Assembly (NCBI GenBank): GCA_029856365.1
Contig: JAHQWW010000023.1
Location: 1 to 45,690 of the forward strand
Length of the DNA stretch: 45,690 bases
Direction: 5' to 3'
From: Candidatus Hodarchaeota archaeon
GTDB taxonomy: Archaea > Asgardarchaeota > Heimdallarchaeia > Hodarchaeales > Hodarchaeaceae
Below the pieces are notes generated by a model that was not told the origin of the DNA, ran no database searches, and was given only the letters and a program-made list of their open reading frames with translations. Positions 28,088 through 37,580 of this stretch are shown one piece after another. The number at the start of each line of letters is the position of its first letter. Positions within the stretch are counted from its first letter, which is position 1. A program made the position numbers and the translations under genes.

Positions 28088-29104
28088 ATGCGATGTATCA
28101 TACCTGCTGCGGGGAAAGGAACTAGATTACGGCCACATACCAACACAAAGCCAAAAGCCCTTTTTCCCTTAGGAAATAAGCCCTTAATCTCCCACATATT
28201 AGATAATATTATTGAAGCAAATATTAAAGATATAATTATTATTGTAGGTTATGAAAAAGATAAGTTAATAGAGTACATCGAATCTAATTATGAAAAAATT
28301 TGTAATTATACTTTCATAGAACAAACAAGTCGTAGAGGTTTAGGCCATGCGATATATACCGCTGCAGATTTCCTAGATGGTGAACCTGTACTAATCACCC
28401 TTGGAGATAGTCTTTATGAGAATTCATTTTCTCTAATGCTTGCTGAGTTTGATAAATTTCCCAATTGGACGGGAGCAATCACTGTTAAGTCAGTTTCCAA
28501 TCCTCAAGCTTATGGTATCGTAACCACCCATGATGATTCTAATATAGTAAAACAATTAGTAGAAAAACCTGAGAATCCAACCTCATCGCTAGCGATCACT
28601 GGGGTTTACATGATACGGGACTCTTTACAGTTAAAATACGCGTTACAAGAACTAGTCACTTCTAATCAAGTTGGAAAGGGAGGAGAATTGCAATTAACCG
28701 ATGCTCTTCAAATTATGGTAAATAAAGATTTAATTCTTGGGTCAATCGACTCTGGTAGATGGTTTGACTGTGGCAAAAAAGAAGCCCTTTTAGCAGCTCA
28801 CACATTTGTTTTAGACAGAAATGAGCTATCCTCAATTGAGGGCGAGTTGGATAATACAGTGGTAATTTCTCCAGTCGCGATCCAAGAGGACAATCACATC
28901 TCAAACTCGATTATAGGTCCTTATGTAAGTATTGATAAAGGTACTATTGTTGAAAAATCAATTATTTCCTATTCAATAGTTGGCAGTGGTTCCCGTATTT
29001 ATAATACGAATATTCATGACTCTCTTATTGGTGATAAGGTCGAATTGGTCGGAAAGGGATATGATTTAAACATTGGTGATTACTCAAAGGTCCAGTTGTT
29101 TTAA
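28088..29104 (+). CDS. Sugar-1-phosphate nucleotidyltransferase (long-form glucose-1-P thymidylyltransferase-like)
   Basis: IPAAGKGTRLRPHT..KPK, GLGHA, LGD, EKP, GELQLTDA, WFDCG, C-terminal beta-helix. Confidence 0.9.
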   Translation: MRCIIPAAGKGTRLRPHTNTKPKALFPLGNKPLISHILDNIIEANIKDIIIIVGYEKDKLIEYIESNYEKICNYTFIEQTSRRGLGHAIYTAADFLDGEPVLITLGDSLYENSFSLMLAEFDKFPNWTGAITVKSVSNPQAYGIVTTHDDSNIVKQLVEKPENPTSSLAITGVYMIRDSLQLKYALQELVTSNQVGKGGELQLTDALQIMVNKDLILGSIDSGRWFDCGKKEALLAAHTFVLDRNELSSIEGELDNTVVISPVAIQEDNHISNSIIGPYVSIDKGTIVEKSIISYSIVGSGSRIYNTNIHDSLIGDKVELVGKGYDLNIGDYSKVQLF

Positions 29105-29114
29105 AGGAGAGCAG

Positions 29115-29417
29115 ATGGTGGTAAATCGTACTATTCAGGATTTTCAAAAGCTAATGTTCATTCTCTATGGAGAACGAGATCAGAAAAGAGGTATAGAAAA
29201 AAGCTTGATGTGGTTACAGACAGAAATTGGGGAACTTTTAGAAGCTTATTTAAAAGATGATCAAAAATCTTTGCAAGAAGAGGTAGCTGATGTGTTTGCA
29301 TGGCTTTGCTCTGTTTGTAATCTTCTTAATATCGATATTGAAAATGCTGCCTGGAAAAAATACCCTTTTTATTGCCCTAAATGTGGCGTCAGTCCGTGTG
29401 AATGCCAGTCCTTATAA
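29115..29417 (+). CDS. MazG-like nucleotide pyrophosphohydrolase with C-terminal Cys cluster
   Basis: EIGEL, EEVADVFAWL, KKYPFYCPKCGVSPCEC; AGGAG RBS before ATG 29115. Confidence 0.88.
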   Translation: MVVNRTIQDFQKLMFILYGERDQKRGIEKSLMWLQTEIGELLEAYLKDDQKSLQEEVADVFAWLCSVCNLLNIDIENAAWKKYPFYCPKCGVSPCECQSL

Positions 29418-29479
29418 AAATATAGCCTAAAATAAGTTTATTATACATTCTGAGAATGAATACGGGGACTTTCTAGTAA

Positions 29480-30211
29480 CTAATTTTGTGAGGTCTCATA
29501 ATTTTTTTGTTTTAAATCGTATTCTTCTCGAGTCATAATGCATCTTGCAGGTGTTCCCATCATAACATGTCCACTAGGGACATCTTTAGTTATGATAGAG
29601 CCAGCTGCAATGACTGCTCCCTCTCCAATAGTTATTCCTGCAAGTATGATAGCTCCGATCCCAATAATTGCATTATCTTCTACTATAGTTGTTACTAATC
29701 TGCTACTTACAGGATATAAATCATTTGCAAATCGTACACCTGGTCCAAGAAAAATATTGTCTCCCAGTACTATTTTAGGGGGAATAAAATTGTTCGATTG
29801 TATTCGGACTTTCTTTCCAATCACTACACCACTATCAAGGACTGTGCTGCTTCCAATGATGCTCCCAGAACCGATTTGACAATTTTCTCTAATAATAACA
29901 TTTGTTCCTGTTTCTACGTGGTCTTCTAACAAAGATGTTTCATATATAGTCGTAAAGGGTCTAATATGATTATTTTCGCCAATTATGGAGCCTGTGGAAA
30001 TTTGGTCATATAAGTATTCGATAGGTAATTGTATCTCACTTTTTAGGGTTATTTGGTTTGTTTTCGCTCTCGTAGGATATCCTATAACAACAAAAGAGTC
30101 AATAATTGAATTTTTTTTGATTTTTGAGGGTCCATATATACAGGTGGTTTTTGAAACAAATGAAGATTCCATAAGTGCATTTTTAGATTGAAATCCTTGA
30201 TTGTTAGGCAT
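29480..30211 (-). CDS. Hexapeptide-repeat (left-handed beta-helix) acyltransferase
   Basis: IG..-type repeats, FLGPGVRFANDLYP, IGEGAVIAAGSIITKDVP..GTPAR. Confidence 0.9.
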   Translation of the reverse strand: MPNNQGFQSKNALMESSFVSKTTCIYGPSKIKKNSIIDSFVVIGYPTRAKTNQITLKSEIQLPIEYLYDQISTGSIIGENNHIRPFTTIYETSLLEDHVETGTNVIIRENCQIGSGSIIGSSTVLDSGVVIGKKVRIQSNNFIPPKIVLGDNIFLGPGVRFANDLYPVSSRLVTTIVEDNAIIGIGAIILAGITIGEGAVIAAGSIITKDVPSGHVMMGTPARCIMTREEYDLKQKNYETSQN

Positions 30212-30213
30212 AT

Positions 30214-30495
30214 TTAAGCCTTCATTTTATTTGAATTCTCTGTATTTTGAGTATGATTTTTCTCTGTGATTTGGACGGAAGAATTGACTGATGAAGATTC
30301 AGGAGGTAGAAAAATATATACTATAATAGATAATCCTATAACCACAAAAAAGAATAATAGCCCTAATGAACCTCCGAAGATATTAAATGGTAGTAATGGT
30401 GAGAAAATAAAAATTACAAAGGTTATAATTGTAGCACCTAAAAATGCAATGCTGATTCCTCGAAACAACTTACTCAACAATATTAGTTTCTCCAT
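30214..30495 (-). CDS. Small two-TM membrane protein
   Basis: Two hydrophobic segments and a polar tail; fills the gap between nadC and the acyltransferase in a same-strand run. Confidence 0.65.
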   Translation of the reverse strand: MEKLILLSKLFRGISIAFLGATIITFVIFIFSPLLPFNIFGGSLGLLFFFVVIGLSIIVYIFLPPESSSVNSSVQITEKNHTQNTENSNKMKA

Positions 30496-31369
30496 TACGG
30501 GTTGATGAAATAACCTTCAAGATTTTTAGGGAAAAATCAATGGCTTTGACAGAGTGAGTAAGACTTCCTAGGGAAATAACATCTATACCAGGAATAAGGT
30601 ACATATCTATGTTCTGCTCAGAGATTCCTCCACTAACTTCTATGAGTGGACGGGTTTGTGGTGATTCTTGCCGTACAATCTCAATTGCTGCCTGGATGTC
30701 ATTAATGGAAAAATTATCTAACATAATTATATCTGGAGATAATTTCAGAGCTTTTTTCAATTCAGATAGATTCTCTACCTCAATATCGACTTTTTTTGTA
30801 AAAGAAGTCTTATTTTTTGACTGATTGAAAATTGCAGGAATGGCCTCCTCTCCAAGTAAAATTAGATGGTTTTCTTTAATCAAGACACTATCAGATAAAT
30901 TCCATCGGTGGGGATCTCCTCCTCCGATTTTAACTGCATATTTTTCAAAATACCGAAATCCTGGTGTTGTTTTCCGTGTGGAAGCGATTATTATGTCTTG
31001 ACTAGAATTCTTTACTTTATCAACAAGCTTTCGTGTTTGAGTAGCAATTCCTGAAAGATGCATCAATAGATTTAGGATTGTGCGTTCTGAGACAAGAATT
31101 GCTCTACTAAGGCCACTTAACTGTAGGATAACATCTGCCTTTCTAATAATATCTCCATCTTTAAATAAACTTGAAACTTCAACATTTAATGATTCCAAGA
31201 GGATTTTGGCAAAATCTAATCCACAAAGAACTCCCTCTTGATTAGAGACTAAATTTGCATGAACAGGTATATTTGGGACTAATTCACTAGTAATATCTCC
31301 ATATTCCATATCCTCTTGGAGGAATTGAAGGAGTTTCTGTTCCAATAATTTTGTGGGTTTAAATGACAT
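30470..31369 (-). CDS. nadC: Quinolinate phosphoribosyltransferase
   Basis: EDMEYGDITS, ERTILN, STRKTTPG, HRWNLSD, IKENH, IEVE, IMLDN, EVSGGI. Confidence 0.96.
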   Translation of the reverse strand: MSFKPTKLLEQKLLQFLQEDMEYGDITSELVPNIPVHANLVSNQEGVLCGLDFAKILLESLNVEVSSLFKDGDIIRKADVILQLSGLSRAILVSERTILNLLMHLSGIATQTRKLVDKVKNSSQDIIIASTRKTTPGFRYFEKYAVKIGGGDPHRWNLSDSVLIKENHLILLGEEAIPAIFNQSKNKTSFTKKVDIEVENLSELKKALKLSPDIIMLDNFSINDIQAAIEIVRQESPQTRPLIEVSGGISEQNIDMYLIPGIDVISLGSLTHSVKAIDFSLKILKVISSTRNGETNIVE

Positions 31370-31386
31370 GAGGAGAATTCCTTTTC

Positions 31387-32304
31387 TTATTCTGAGAGCT
31401 CTAGCATTCGCTCAATTGGTAAACGTGCTTTCTTAGCAATATTAGGCGGGATATAAATTCGATATTGTTCCTTTAGAAGTGAAAGATATAGATTATAAAT
31501 TGTAATCTGCTTTTGCTGGATACAGATAGCGTCCTTTCGAGCAGGAATGAACATTTTCGTGGGAAAATTTGATCTTAAACGATCTACTAGTCCATTTTCG
31601 GTTGCAATAATGAATTTTTCTGATGAGGAGTTGGCAGCTTCTTTTAACATTCTGCTAGTTGAACAGATCTTATTAGCAATCTTTTGAACAGAAGGACTAA
31701 CTTCTGGATGGGCTAGAATTTCCGCTTCAGGATATCTAACTATTAATTTCTTAATATCCGAAGGAATAAACTTTCGGTGAACGTAACAATACCCAATTTT
31801 TGGAAAAGGAATGATTTTAATTTCAGGGATTTGTTGTTGGATGTAATAAGCAAGATTTCGGTCAGGTCCAACCAGAACTTGTTTTTCATCAAGATTCTTT
31901 ATTATTTTAACAGCATTTCCTGAAGTAATACAAATATCTGCCATAGCTTTAGTTTCAGCGGTGGTATTCACATACACTGCAATAGTAGTATTCGGGTACA
32001 GAGTTCGATACCGTTTCATTTTCGTAGGTGATAGCATATGTGCCATAGGGCATTTTGCCATGGAGGATGGAATTAATACTTTTTTTTGGGGATTTAAAAT
32101 AGCAGCAGTTTCTGCCATGAACTCGGCACCTGCAAATACAATGATAGAATTGTCTGTGAATTTTGCTTTTCGAGCTAACTCAAAACTATCACCTATAAAA
32201 TCCCCAAGTTCTTGAATCTTGGAATCTTGATAGTTGTGTACTAGTAGAAGAGCATTACGTTCCTTTTTAAGCGATGTTATGTCTTCAACAATATCTTTAG
32301 ACAA
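31387..32304 (-). CDS. nadA: Quinolinate synthase
   Basis: VHNYQ, GDSFELA, FMAETA, CPMA, YVNTTA, CYVH, AHPE, third Cys in AICIQQK. Confidence 0.96.
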   Translation of the reverse strand: MSKDIVEDITSLKKERNALLLVHNYQDSKIQELGDFIGDSFELARKAKFTDNSIIVFAGAEFMAETAAILNPQKKVLIPSSMAKCPMAHMLSPTKMKRYRTLYPNTTIAVYVNTTAETKAMADICITSGNAVKIIKNLDEKQVLVGPDRNLAYYIQQQIPEIKIIPFPKIGYCYVHRKFIPSDIKKLIVRYPEAEILAHPEVSPSVQKIANKICSTSRMLKEAANSSSEKFIIATENGLVDRLRSNFPTKMFIPARKDAICIQQKQITIYNLYLSLLKEQYRIYIPPNIAKKARLPIERMLELSE

Positions 32305-32493
32305 TTCAATTCTCTCTAAGAAAACCTATTTCGTATTTTCATATTTTTAGAATGGGATTACAATTAAAGAGTAGAAAAATAAAATTTTGCTAAAAGAAGT
32401 TTAGTTTATCAACGAGGAAAGGGATTTGGAAAGAGAAAATATAAATTTCCAAAAGTGTGTTTCGTTTTCTTGAAAAATTGAGGTTAAAATGTA

Positions 32494-33180
32494 ATGAAAG
32501 TAGTATGTCTTGTCTCAGGAGGTAAAGATTCCATTTTAGCTTTATGGCTTGCATTGCATCAATTTGAGGTAATATCAATTCTCACCGTTATTTCTTCATG
32601 CTTTGAAAGTTTGCTTTTTCACATTCCAAACAGTCAATATGTGGCTATAATTGCTGATATGTTGGAGGTTCCACATCAGATTATTATGATCGATAGTTGT
32701 AATGTAGAAGAAGAAATAAACGCTTTGAAGGCTGTTTTGACTGAATCTGGTGCAGAAGCGGTTATTACAGGGGGTATTCGTTCAGAATTCCAGCGTTTTA
32801 AGTTCAATCGTGCAGCTTATCTTGCCAACATGAAATGCTTTTCCCCTTTATGGAGGGTATCTCCTAAGTTTTTATTATCCGAACTAATAGGAAATAACTT
32901 CAATGTTATTATTTCTTCTGTTTCTGGTATGGCCTTAAAAAGAGAATTACTTGGGAAAAAAATTACTCCCGACTTATTAAAAGAACTTCAACAAGCTGTT
33001 CCTGAATCAGAATTATCAATGATTGGTGAGGGAGGAGAATTCGAATCTTTCGTTTTAGATGCTCCTTTTTTTCCAGCATGTATAGATATTCTCGAATCAA
33101 AGGTTCATTGGGATGAATATCGAGAGGAAGGGTATTTGGAGATCATCAAAATACATTGTAGGTCGAAAAATATTTCTTAA
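32494..33180 (+). CDS. Diphthine-ammonia ligase (Dph6, PP-loop)
   Basis: SGGKDS, GGIRSEFQ, PLW, GEGGEFESFVLDAPFF. Confidence 0.92.
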   Translation: MKVVCLVSGGKDSILALWLALHQFEVISILTVISSCFESLLFHIPNSQYVAIIADMLEVPHQIIMIDSCNVEEEINALKAVLTESGAEAVITGGIRSEFQRFKFNRAAYLANMKCFSPLWRVSPKFLLSELIGNNFNVIISSVSGMALKRELLGKKITPDLLKELQQAVPESELSMIGEGGEFESFVLDAPFFPACIDILESKVHWDEYREEGYLEIIKIHCRSKNIS

Positions 33181-33472
33181 AGCAATCGTTTCTTCAAAGA
33201 TATCTAAGTCTGAAGTTTATAACTTTTCAATCCTAAAGAAAAAAAATATTGATGATAAACCTCTGAAAGGCCACTAAATTCGCAGAGGGCATGTTATTAT
33301 GTCTATAGATTGGAATACTAGGAGACGGGAGTTAAATTGACCGGAAATACGACAAAGATTTCAGCAATGGGCTTTTCTGCCATTCCGGACGGTCTTCAGC
33401 ATCATTGCTACGGGTAGACCTCTGCTGACCGATATAATAGCAGCCTTCGCCGAGAATTTCCTTTAGCCTTTC

Positions 33473-35413
33473 TTACCATCTCGAAAATCCTATACCACAG
33501 ATTTCAGAAACATATAATAGAAATAAGGCTATCTCTTCCATTTCTTGGTTATTATCGGAAGTTACAAAAACCACACCATCTCCATGTTTGAGAGGAGACA
33601 TTAAATGGGAGATAATTTCATTCTGAGCTTTTCCAAGAGTCCAAAGTTCCTCTTGTTCAACTTGGCTGCGAATTTCCATTTCTTTAATGAAGTTTCGAAA
33701 TTTCGTAGGGATTTTTTCTTTAATATATTCTCTTTTAGGGGGAATAATTAAGATTGAACCTTCTTTAGGAATCTCAAATATGCTCGAAAGTTTTTGTAAC
33801 TCCATTTCAACTTGTGTAAGATACTCTACAATGCTTAACCATAATAATGCTTTGATAGTCATCTGTTGTTTCTCAACAGGCCCTATTAGTGAAACATGAT
33901 TTTCTCTTAAGTGAGTTTCTCCTCCGATTCTGATTGAAAGATCCTCTAAAGAACCTCTCAAAGCAGATAAGCGATCAAGAACTGTGTAAATATGGATTAC
34001 AAAATGGCCATCCATTTCCCGAAAAAGCCTGATAGTAATGCTAGATTCTTGGAATGGTAAATTTTGAGTTTCTGGTATATTAATTTGGTAAGGGGCAGTA
34101 TCAAATATCAAAGGAATTGAATCAAAACGATATTCAAAACCACTTCTTCTTATTTCATCTAAACGTGCTAAAACATCACTATCAACAGGTTTTATTGGTA
34201 TGGTCTCGATAGGTTTGGTAATTATTCCTTGTATTTCTTCCGGAATTGCATCAGGTTCTGCTACTAACTCTAATGATGTGTCTAATTCAATTTCTTTTTG
34301 TTGAAATCTAGGGTGTGCTTCTTCAGATACTTTCATTGGAGATTCAATAGATAAGCTTTCAATATCAGCAGTAACAGTAGGAACTAAAGGTTCTTTGAGA
34401 ATAGGAGTCTTCTCCATTGCAGGGACCTTTTTAATAACAGTTGGACCCTTGGAAACAAGAGGTTTTTTAATAACAGGAACCTTTTCAACCATGGGAGTAG
34501 TAGAAGCTAATTCTCGGAGTTTTTGCATGAGAGGAGTTGACATTGTAACAATAATATCTCTACCAGGTTGAAGGACGGTTGACAATAGAATCTCTCTGCG
34601 AATAAAATCATCCTCAGACCGAGGAAGAAGAGAAATCGATTGAGCAATTTCTTGCGCCTCTTTGTTTGAAATAAATTCCCTCATTTTAGCTGCATTCGAT
34701 TGATTACCAAAAACACGACCAATGACGTCATAAATTCGCTCATCAGGATAAGCAGAAAAGTAAAACTTGTGGGGCGAGTCCATACCAAATAGAAGGACGT
34801 TTTTATTATCTTCCACTCCAAGAAGAGGTACAAAAGAAAGGATTCTATTGGTTTGAGATTTTTGAATGATGTCTTGAAGCTCTAATGGTTTATTAGGATC
34901 CACAAAATGTAAATTTGAGGCAATCCGCTGAATTCCAAGCTGCATATCGTGAGCAAAAGCAGTCAATATAACAAGAGCAGCTAGTATTCCTTCTGAAGAT
35001 CGTGGAACCACAAAAAGCGAATTTTCTGGTGAAGAAAGTATCTGGTAGAAACAATCTAATTGACTGTTTTTAGCATCTTCAATATTACCTTTTAAAAATT
35101 CCTCTAACATACGTAAAACAATACTCATAGCGGGGATGACTTGTCTAGCACTCCGTTCGATAGGAATTAAAACAATAGCAACTAATTGATAATCTTTTAT
35201 TTTCTGAGAGAACAAAAAAATCATGCGATGTTTTTCAAAACGAATGAAATGAATTTGTTCTCCTTTCATAATCCTTTCAGAAAATAGGGTGAGTACTTGA
35301 GTTACTGTTGCACTGATCTTTGAGTGCTTCGTTAGGAGTCCCTGACCAGAGCTAAAAACAATCCTGTTTTGGTGGATCACAAGAATGTCATTTGAAGTCT
35401 CTTGACTAAGCAT
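33473..35413 (-). CDS. Hypothetical protein: N-terminal longin-like domain, possible DENN-like alpha/beta region, low-complexity linker, C-terminal domain
   Basis: Longin-like pattern DILVIHQ-RIVFS...VLTLFSERIMKGEQIHFIRFEKHRMIF..LVAIVLI; P/K/E-rich middle. Fold call by eye. Confidence 0.6.
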   Translation of the reverse strand: MLSQETSNDILVIHQNRIVFSSGQGLLTKHSKISATVTQVLTLFSERIMKGEQIHFIRFEKHRMIFLFSQKIKDYQLVAIVLIPIERSARQVIPAMSIVLRMLEEFLKGNIEDAKNSQLDCFYQILSSPENSLFVVPRSSEGILAALVILTAFAHDMQLGIQRIASNLHFVDPNKPLELQDIIQKSQTNRILSFVPLLGVEDNKNVLLFGMDSPHKFYFSAYPDERIYDVIGRVFGNQSNAAKMREFISNKEAQEIAQSISLLPRSEDDFIRREILLSTVLQPGRDIIVTMSTPLMQKLRELASTTPMVEKVPVIKKPLVSKGPTVIKKVPAMEKTPILKEPLVPTVTADIESLSIESPMKVSEEAHPRFQQKEIELDTSLELVAEPDAIPEEIQGIITKPIETIPIKPVDSDVLARLDEIRRSGFEYRFDSIPLIFDTAPYQINIPETQNLPFQESSITIRLFREMDGHFVIHIYTVLDRLSALRGSLEDLSIRIGGETHLRENHVSLIGPVEKQQMTIKALLWLSIVEYLTQVEMELQKLSSIFEIPKEGSILIIPPKREYIKEKIPTKFRNFIKEMEIRSQVEQEELWTLGKAQNEIISHLMSPLKHGDGVVFVTSDNNQEMEEIALFLLYVSEICGIGFSRW

Positions 35414-35461
35414 ACTTATCCATTCTTTCTTCCTTATGATATTATTATTAAAGTTTCAGAT

Positions 35462-36097
35462 TCACAATATACTTCCCAAAATAGTCTTAATATCAATATT
35501 TCCTTTCCGAAGAAGAATGGGATTCAATGGATCAGTAAGATCAACCACGGTAGAAGGGGGGTTCTCTGGTAATCTTCCTGCATCTATCCAAAGGTCGATT
35601 TCATCTGAAGGTAGTTCGTGAAAAACTGATGGAAGATCGTATTTCGGTTTTGAACCTGATCTATTAGCAGAGGTTCCAATGATTGGAATATTAACTTTTT
35701 CAATAATTTTTAACAGTATCTTATGTTTAGGAACACGAAACGCAATTTTTTGTGGATCTTTCATGTTTAGAAATGAAGATAATGTCTGAGAAGCCCGAGA
35801 ATCACAATTTAAAACTGCTGTGAGCCCACCAGGCCAAACTTTTGATAATAACTTTTGAGTTCCTGCTGATATCTCTGTATATTCTGACACCATAGTTTTT
35901 GTGATAAGAAGACTGAGTGGATTATCAAGGTGTCTTGATTTGATATCATATATTCGTTTAATGTTTCTATCATTCCACCTTAATCCAACCGTTCCTAACC
36001 CGTAACTCGTGTCCGTTGGGAAAACAATAATTGATCCCTTTTGAAACTCTCTCATGGCGATTGAAATAACATTTGGATTCGTTATAGAGATTCTCAC
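35462..36097 (-). CDS. tsaC: L-threonylcarbamoyladenylate synthase, short TsaC/YrdC form
   Basis: FPTDTSYGL, IYDIKSR, WPGGLT, AFRVP, GTSANRSG, PSTVVD; no C-terminal SUA5 domain. Confidence 0.92.
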   Translation of the reverse strand: MRISITNPNVISIAMREFQKGSIIVFPTDTSYGLGTVGLRWNDRNIKRIYDIKSRHLDNPLSLLITKTMVSEYTEISAGTQKLLSKVWPGGLTAVLNCDSRASQTLSSFLNMKDPQKIAFRVPKHKILLKIIEKVNIPIIGTSANRSGSKPKYDLPSVFHELPSDEIDLWIDAGRLPENPPSTVVDLTDPLNPILLRKGNIDIKTILGSIL

Positions 36098-36230
36098 AGG
36101 GTTGATTTCTCCTTGATGAATGGCATAGATAACATAAAGAAAGGAAGGAGCTTGCTTAAGGAAAAAATAGAAAAACGAGACAACATCATTGTTGTTCTAG
36201 TTATTTTAAGAGAGATATAATTATCTTTCA

Positions 36231-36983
36231 TCAACTTTGTTGCTTCATCATCTGAATAATAATTTCACGAATTAGACTTTCAACAGATTTGATAACACGG
36301 GTAACACTTAACGGTCTAACTTCTTTTTTTAACCTTCCATTCGCATCTACAATCATACTTCGGTCACTTTTTGAGAGAAGTGCTTTTAAATCATCCCTCG
36401 CTTCCAGGCATGACACTTCAACTATTCTAACGGCTGCATCTCGAAGACTCGTTGTAACTCCTGATTCACTTAATAATTTTCCTACTTCTAGTGATGAAAT
36501 TCGTTGTTCCCTAGGAAGGTCCATCTTATTTAGCATAATGTGATAAGGTAATGCGCCACTAGCTAGTTTATCACCAGCAAGAGTATTGATTTCCTGTAAA
36601 GAGAATTTATTTTCTTCCCATCGAGATTTTTCAGAGTCAACAACGACAATTAAACCATGTGCCCCACGTAGAACGACTTTTCGTTGCCCAGCATGTCGTT
36701 CTTGACCAGGAACAGTAAAGAGATGGTATTTCAGTATTGGCAATCCAGCTGCGGTTTTTCCTACGCCAAAAATCGCCTGATCGAAAAACAACGTCCGACC
36801 TGTGGGATCTTCTAATTTTAAAAATTTATAGACATTCTCAGGATCTTCAAGACTCTTTAATACTTTTGTAATAGTGAGTGCAGTAGTTTTCCCTGCAAGT
36901 GTAGGCCCCCAGAAAACTATTTTGACTACTGGAACCCCTTGATGGTCTCTCTTTATGACTTCAAAGTTAGAATTTGCCTGCAT
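36231..36983 (-). CDS. MglA-family small GTPase
   Basis: KIVFWGPTLAGKTT, GRTLFFD, HLFTVPGQ (MglA-type G3 TxxG), VLRGAHGLIVVVDS, NKMD. Confidence 0.88.
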   Translation of the reverse strand: MQANSNFEVIKRDHQGVPVVKIVFWGPTLAGKTTALTITKVLKSLEDPENVYKFLKLEDPTGRTLFFDQAIFGVGKTAAGLPILKYHLFTVPGQERHAGQRKVVLRGAHGLIVVVDSEKSRWEENKFSLQEINTLAGDKLASGALPYHIMLNKMDLPREQRISSLEVGKLLSESGVTTSLRDAAVRIVEVSCLEARDDLKALLSKSDRSMIVDANGRLKKEVRPLSVTRVIKSVESLIREIIIQMMKQQS

Positions 36984-37021
36984 TGTTCATCCCTGCGATT
37001 TTCATTTGTTGTAAATGACAA

Positions 37022-37558
37022 TTAAGTGTTATTTGGTTGTTTCTGTTGTAAAACATGCCTCGTTAAACCAACAAATATTTCCTGAATCTCTTCTCCGCCT
37101 AATTTAGCAGAAGTTTCATAATAAGTCATGTTGTAGGTTTTAGCCAATGTGTTAGCTTCATCGGTAGATATTTGGCGTTCATCTTCTTTATCTTTCTTAT
37201 TTCCAGCCAAAGCTATCGGAACCGAAGCGTCAGGAATGTGTTTCCGAAATTCCGCCAACCAATCAGGAATAGCTACAAATGATGTTCTTTCGTCTAAAGC
37301 AAACATGATAAGGCAAGCAGAAGCACCTCGATAATAACTTGGTCGTAATTTGCCAAAAAACTCTTGGCCCGCTGTATCAACAAGGATTAACTTGACATTA
37401 TTGCCATCTATTTGGATTGTTTTGGTTGTAATGTCCACTCCGAGTGTAGGTAAATAGTTCGTTGTAAACTTTCCTTCTGCAAATCTCCTTATGAGTGAGG
37501 TTTTTCCTACACTACCTGATCCGATGGCGCAAATTTTGAGTAAATATTCGTCGGGCAC
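37022..37558 (-). CDS. Rab-like small GTPase
   Basis: GSGSVGKT, YLPTLGVD, DTAGQE, YYRGA, GNKKD, ETSAK; GTG start. Confidence 0.94.
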   Translation of the reverse strand: MPDEYLLKICAIGSGSVGKTSLIRRFAEGKFTTNYLPTLGVDITTKTIQIDGNNVKLILVDTAGQEFFGKLRPSYYRGASACLIMFALDERTSFVAIPDWLAEFRKHIPDASVPIALAGNKKDKEDERQISTDEANTLAKTYNMTYYETSAKLGGEEIQEIFVGLTRHVLQQKQPNNT

Positions 37559-37580
37559 TTTAGGTTCTCCAAATAATCAG

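Noticed and set aside
33250-33300. C/D-box sRNA (TGATGA at 33250, CTGA at 33263)
   Set aside because: Only 7 nt between the boxes and no C'/D pair at the expected distance.
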